A stretch of DNA of 64,000 nucleotides from Balanoglossus misakiensis (taxonomy: Eukaryota; Animalia; Hemichordata), in the NCBI GenBank assembly GCA_040954595.2, contig CM082585.2, positions 2,882,902-2,946,901 on the forward strand, given 5' to 3'. The position numbers and the translations under genes were made by a program. Under the pieces are notes generated by a model that ran no database searches, had not been told where the DNA came from, and worked only from the letters and a program-made list of their open reading frames with translations. Within the stretch, counting starts at the first letter, position 1. Every line of letters starts with the position of its first letter. Positions 63,935 to 64,000 of the stretch are shown in pieces.

Positions 63935-64000
63935 TGATAGTCCGTGGGCTGGAGGGGTCCACCGTGCACCCCCGCCCCCATAAACCTACCACTTGGGTAT

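Overview
Eukaryotic, TE-rich genomic DNA, probably from a marine invertebrate such as a hemichordate or echinoderm (inferred from intron style and TE families; species cannot be determined). Layout: (1) 1-8511 is the end of a 127-bp satellite array with multi-monomer higher-order duplications; nearly all ORFs there are artefacts. (2) 11053-44783 (+) is a complete 12-exon POLR3C (RPC62) gene of 536 aa, reconstructed by hand, with a U12-type minor intron. (3) POLR3C intron 5 carries a young, nearly intact 8-kb tyrosine-recombinase retrotransposon (DIRS order, PAT-like split direct repeats) on the - strand. Its Gag, RT-RNaseH-MT and ALOG-YR ORFs each begin at a canonical phase-0 splice acceptor and are each followed by AATAAA, while one ATG-initiated leader exon ends in a phase-0 donor. 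This suggests one leader exon alternatively spliced to three terminal exons, and is the most interesting system seen. (4) 45247-52340 is a full-length LINE with a 12-bp TSD and a 2A-like motif in ORF1, interrupted by two DNA elements. (5) 55548-59337 (-) is the 3' part of a CUB + GAIN/GPS (PKD1-like) gene that stops 14 residues after the GPS cleavage site. (6) Many non-autonomous DNA elements (Kolobok, hAT5-like, AcademH-like, Harbinger, Tc1/pogo, CACTA, Helentron-associated) and Gypsy remnants. All splice models and family assignments come from reading the sequence and recalling protein families; no searches were run.
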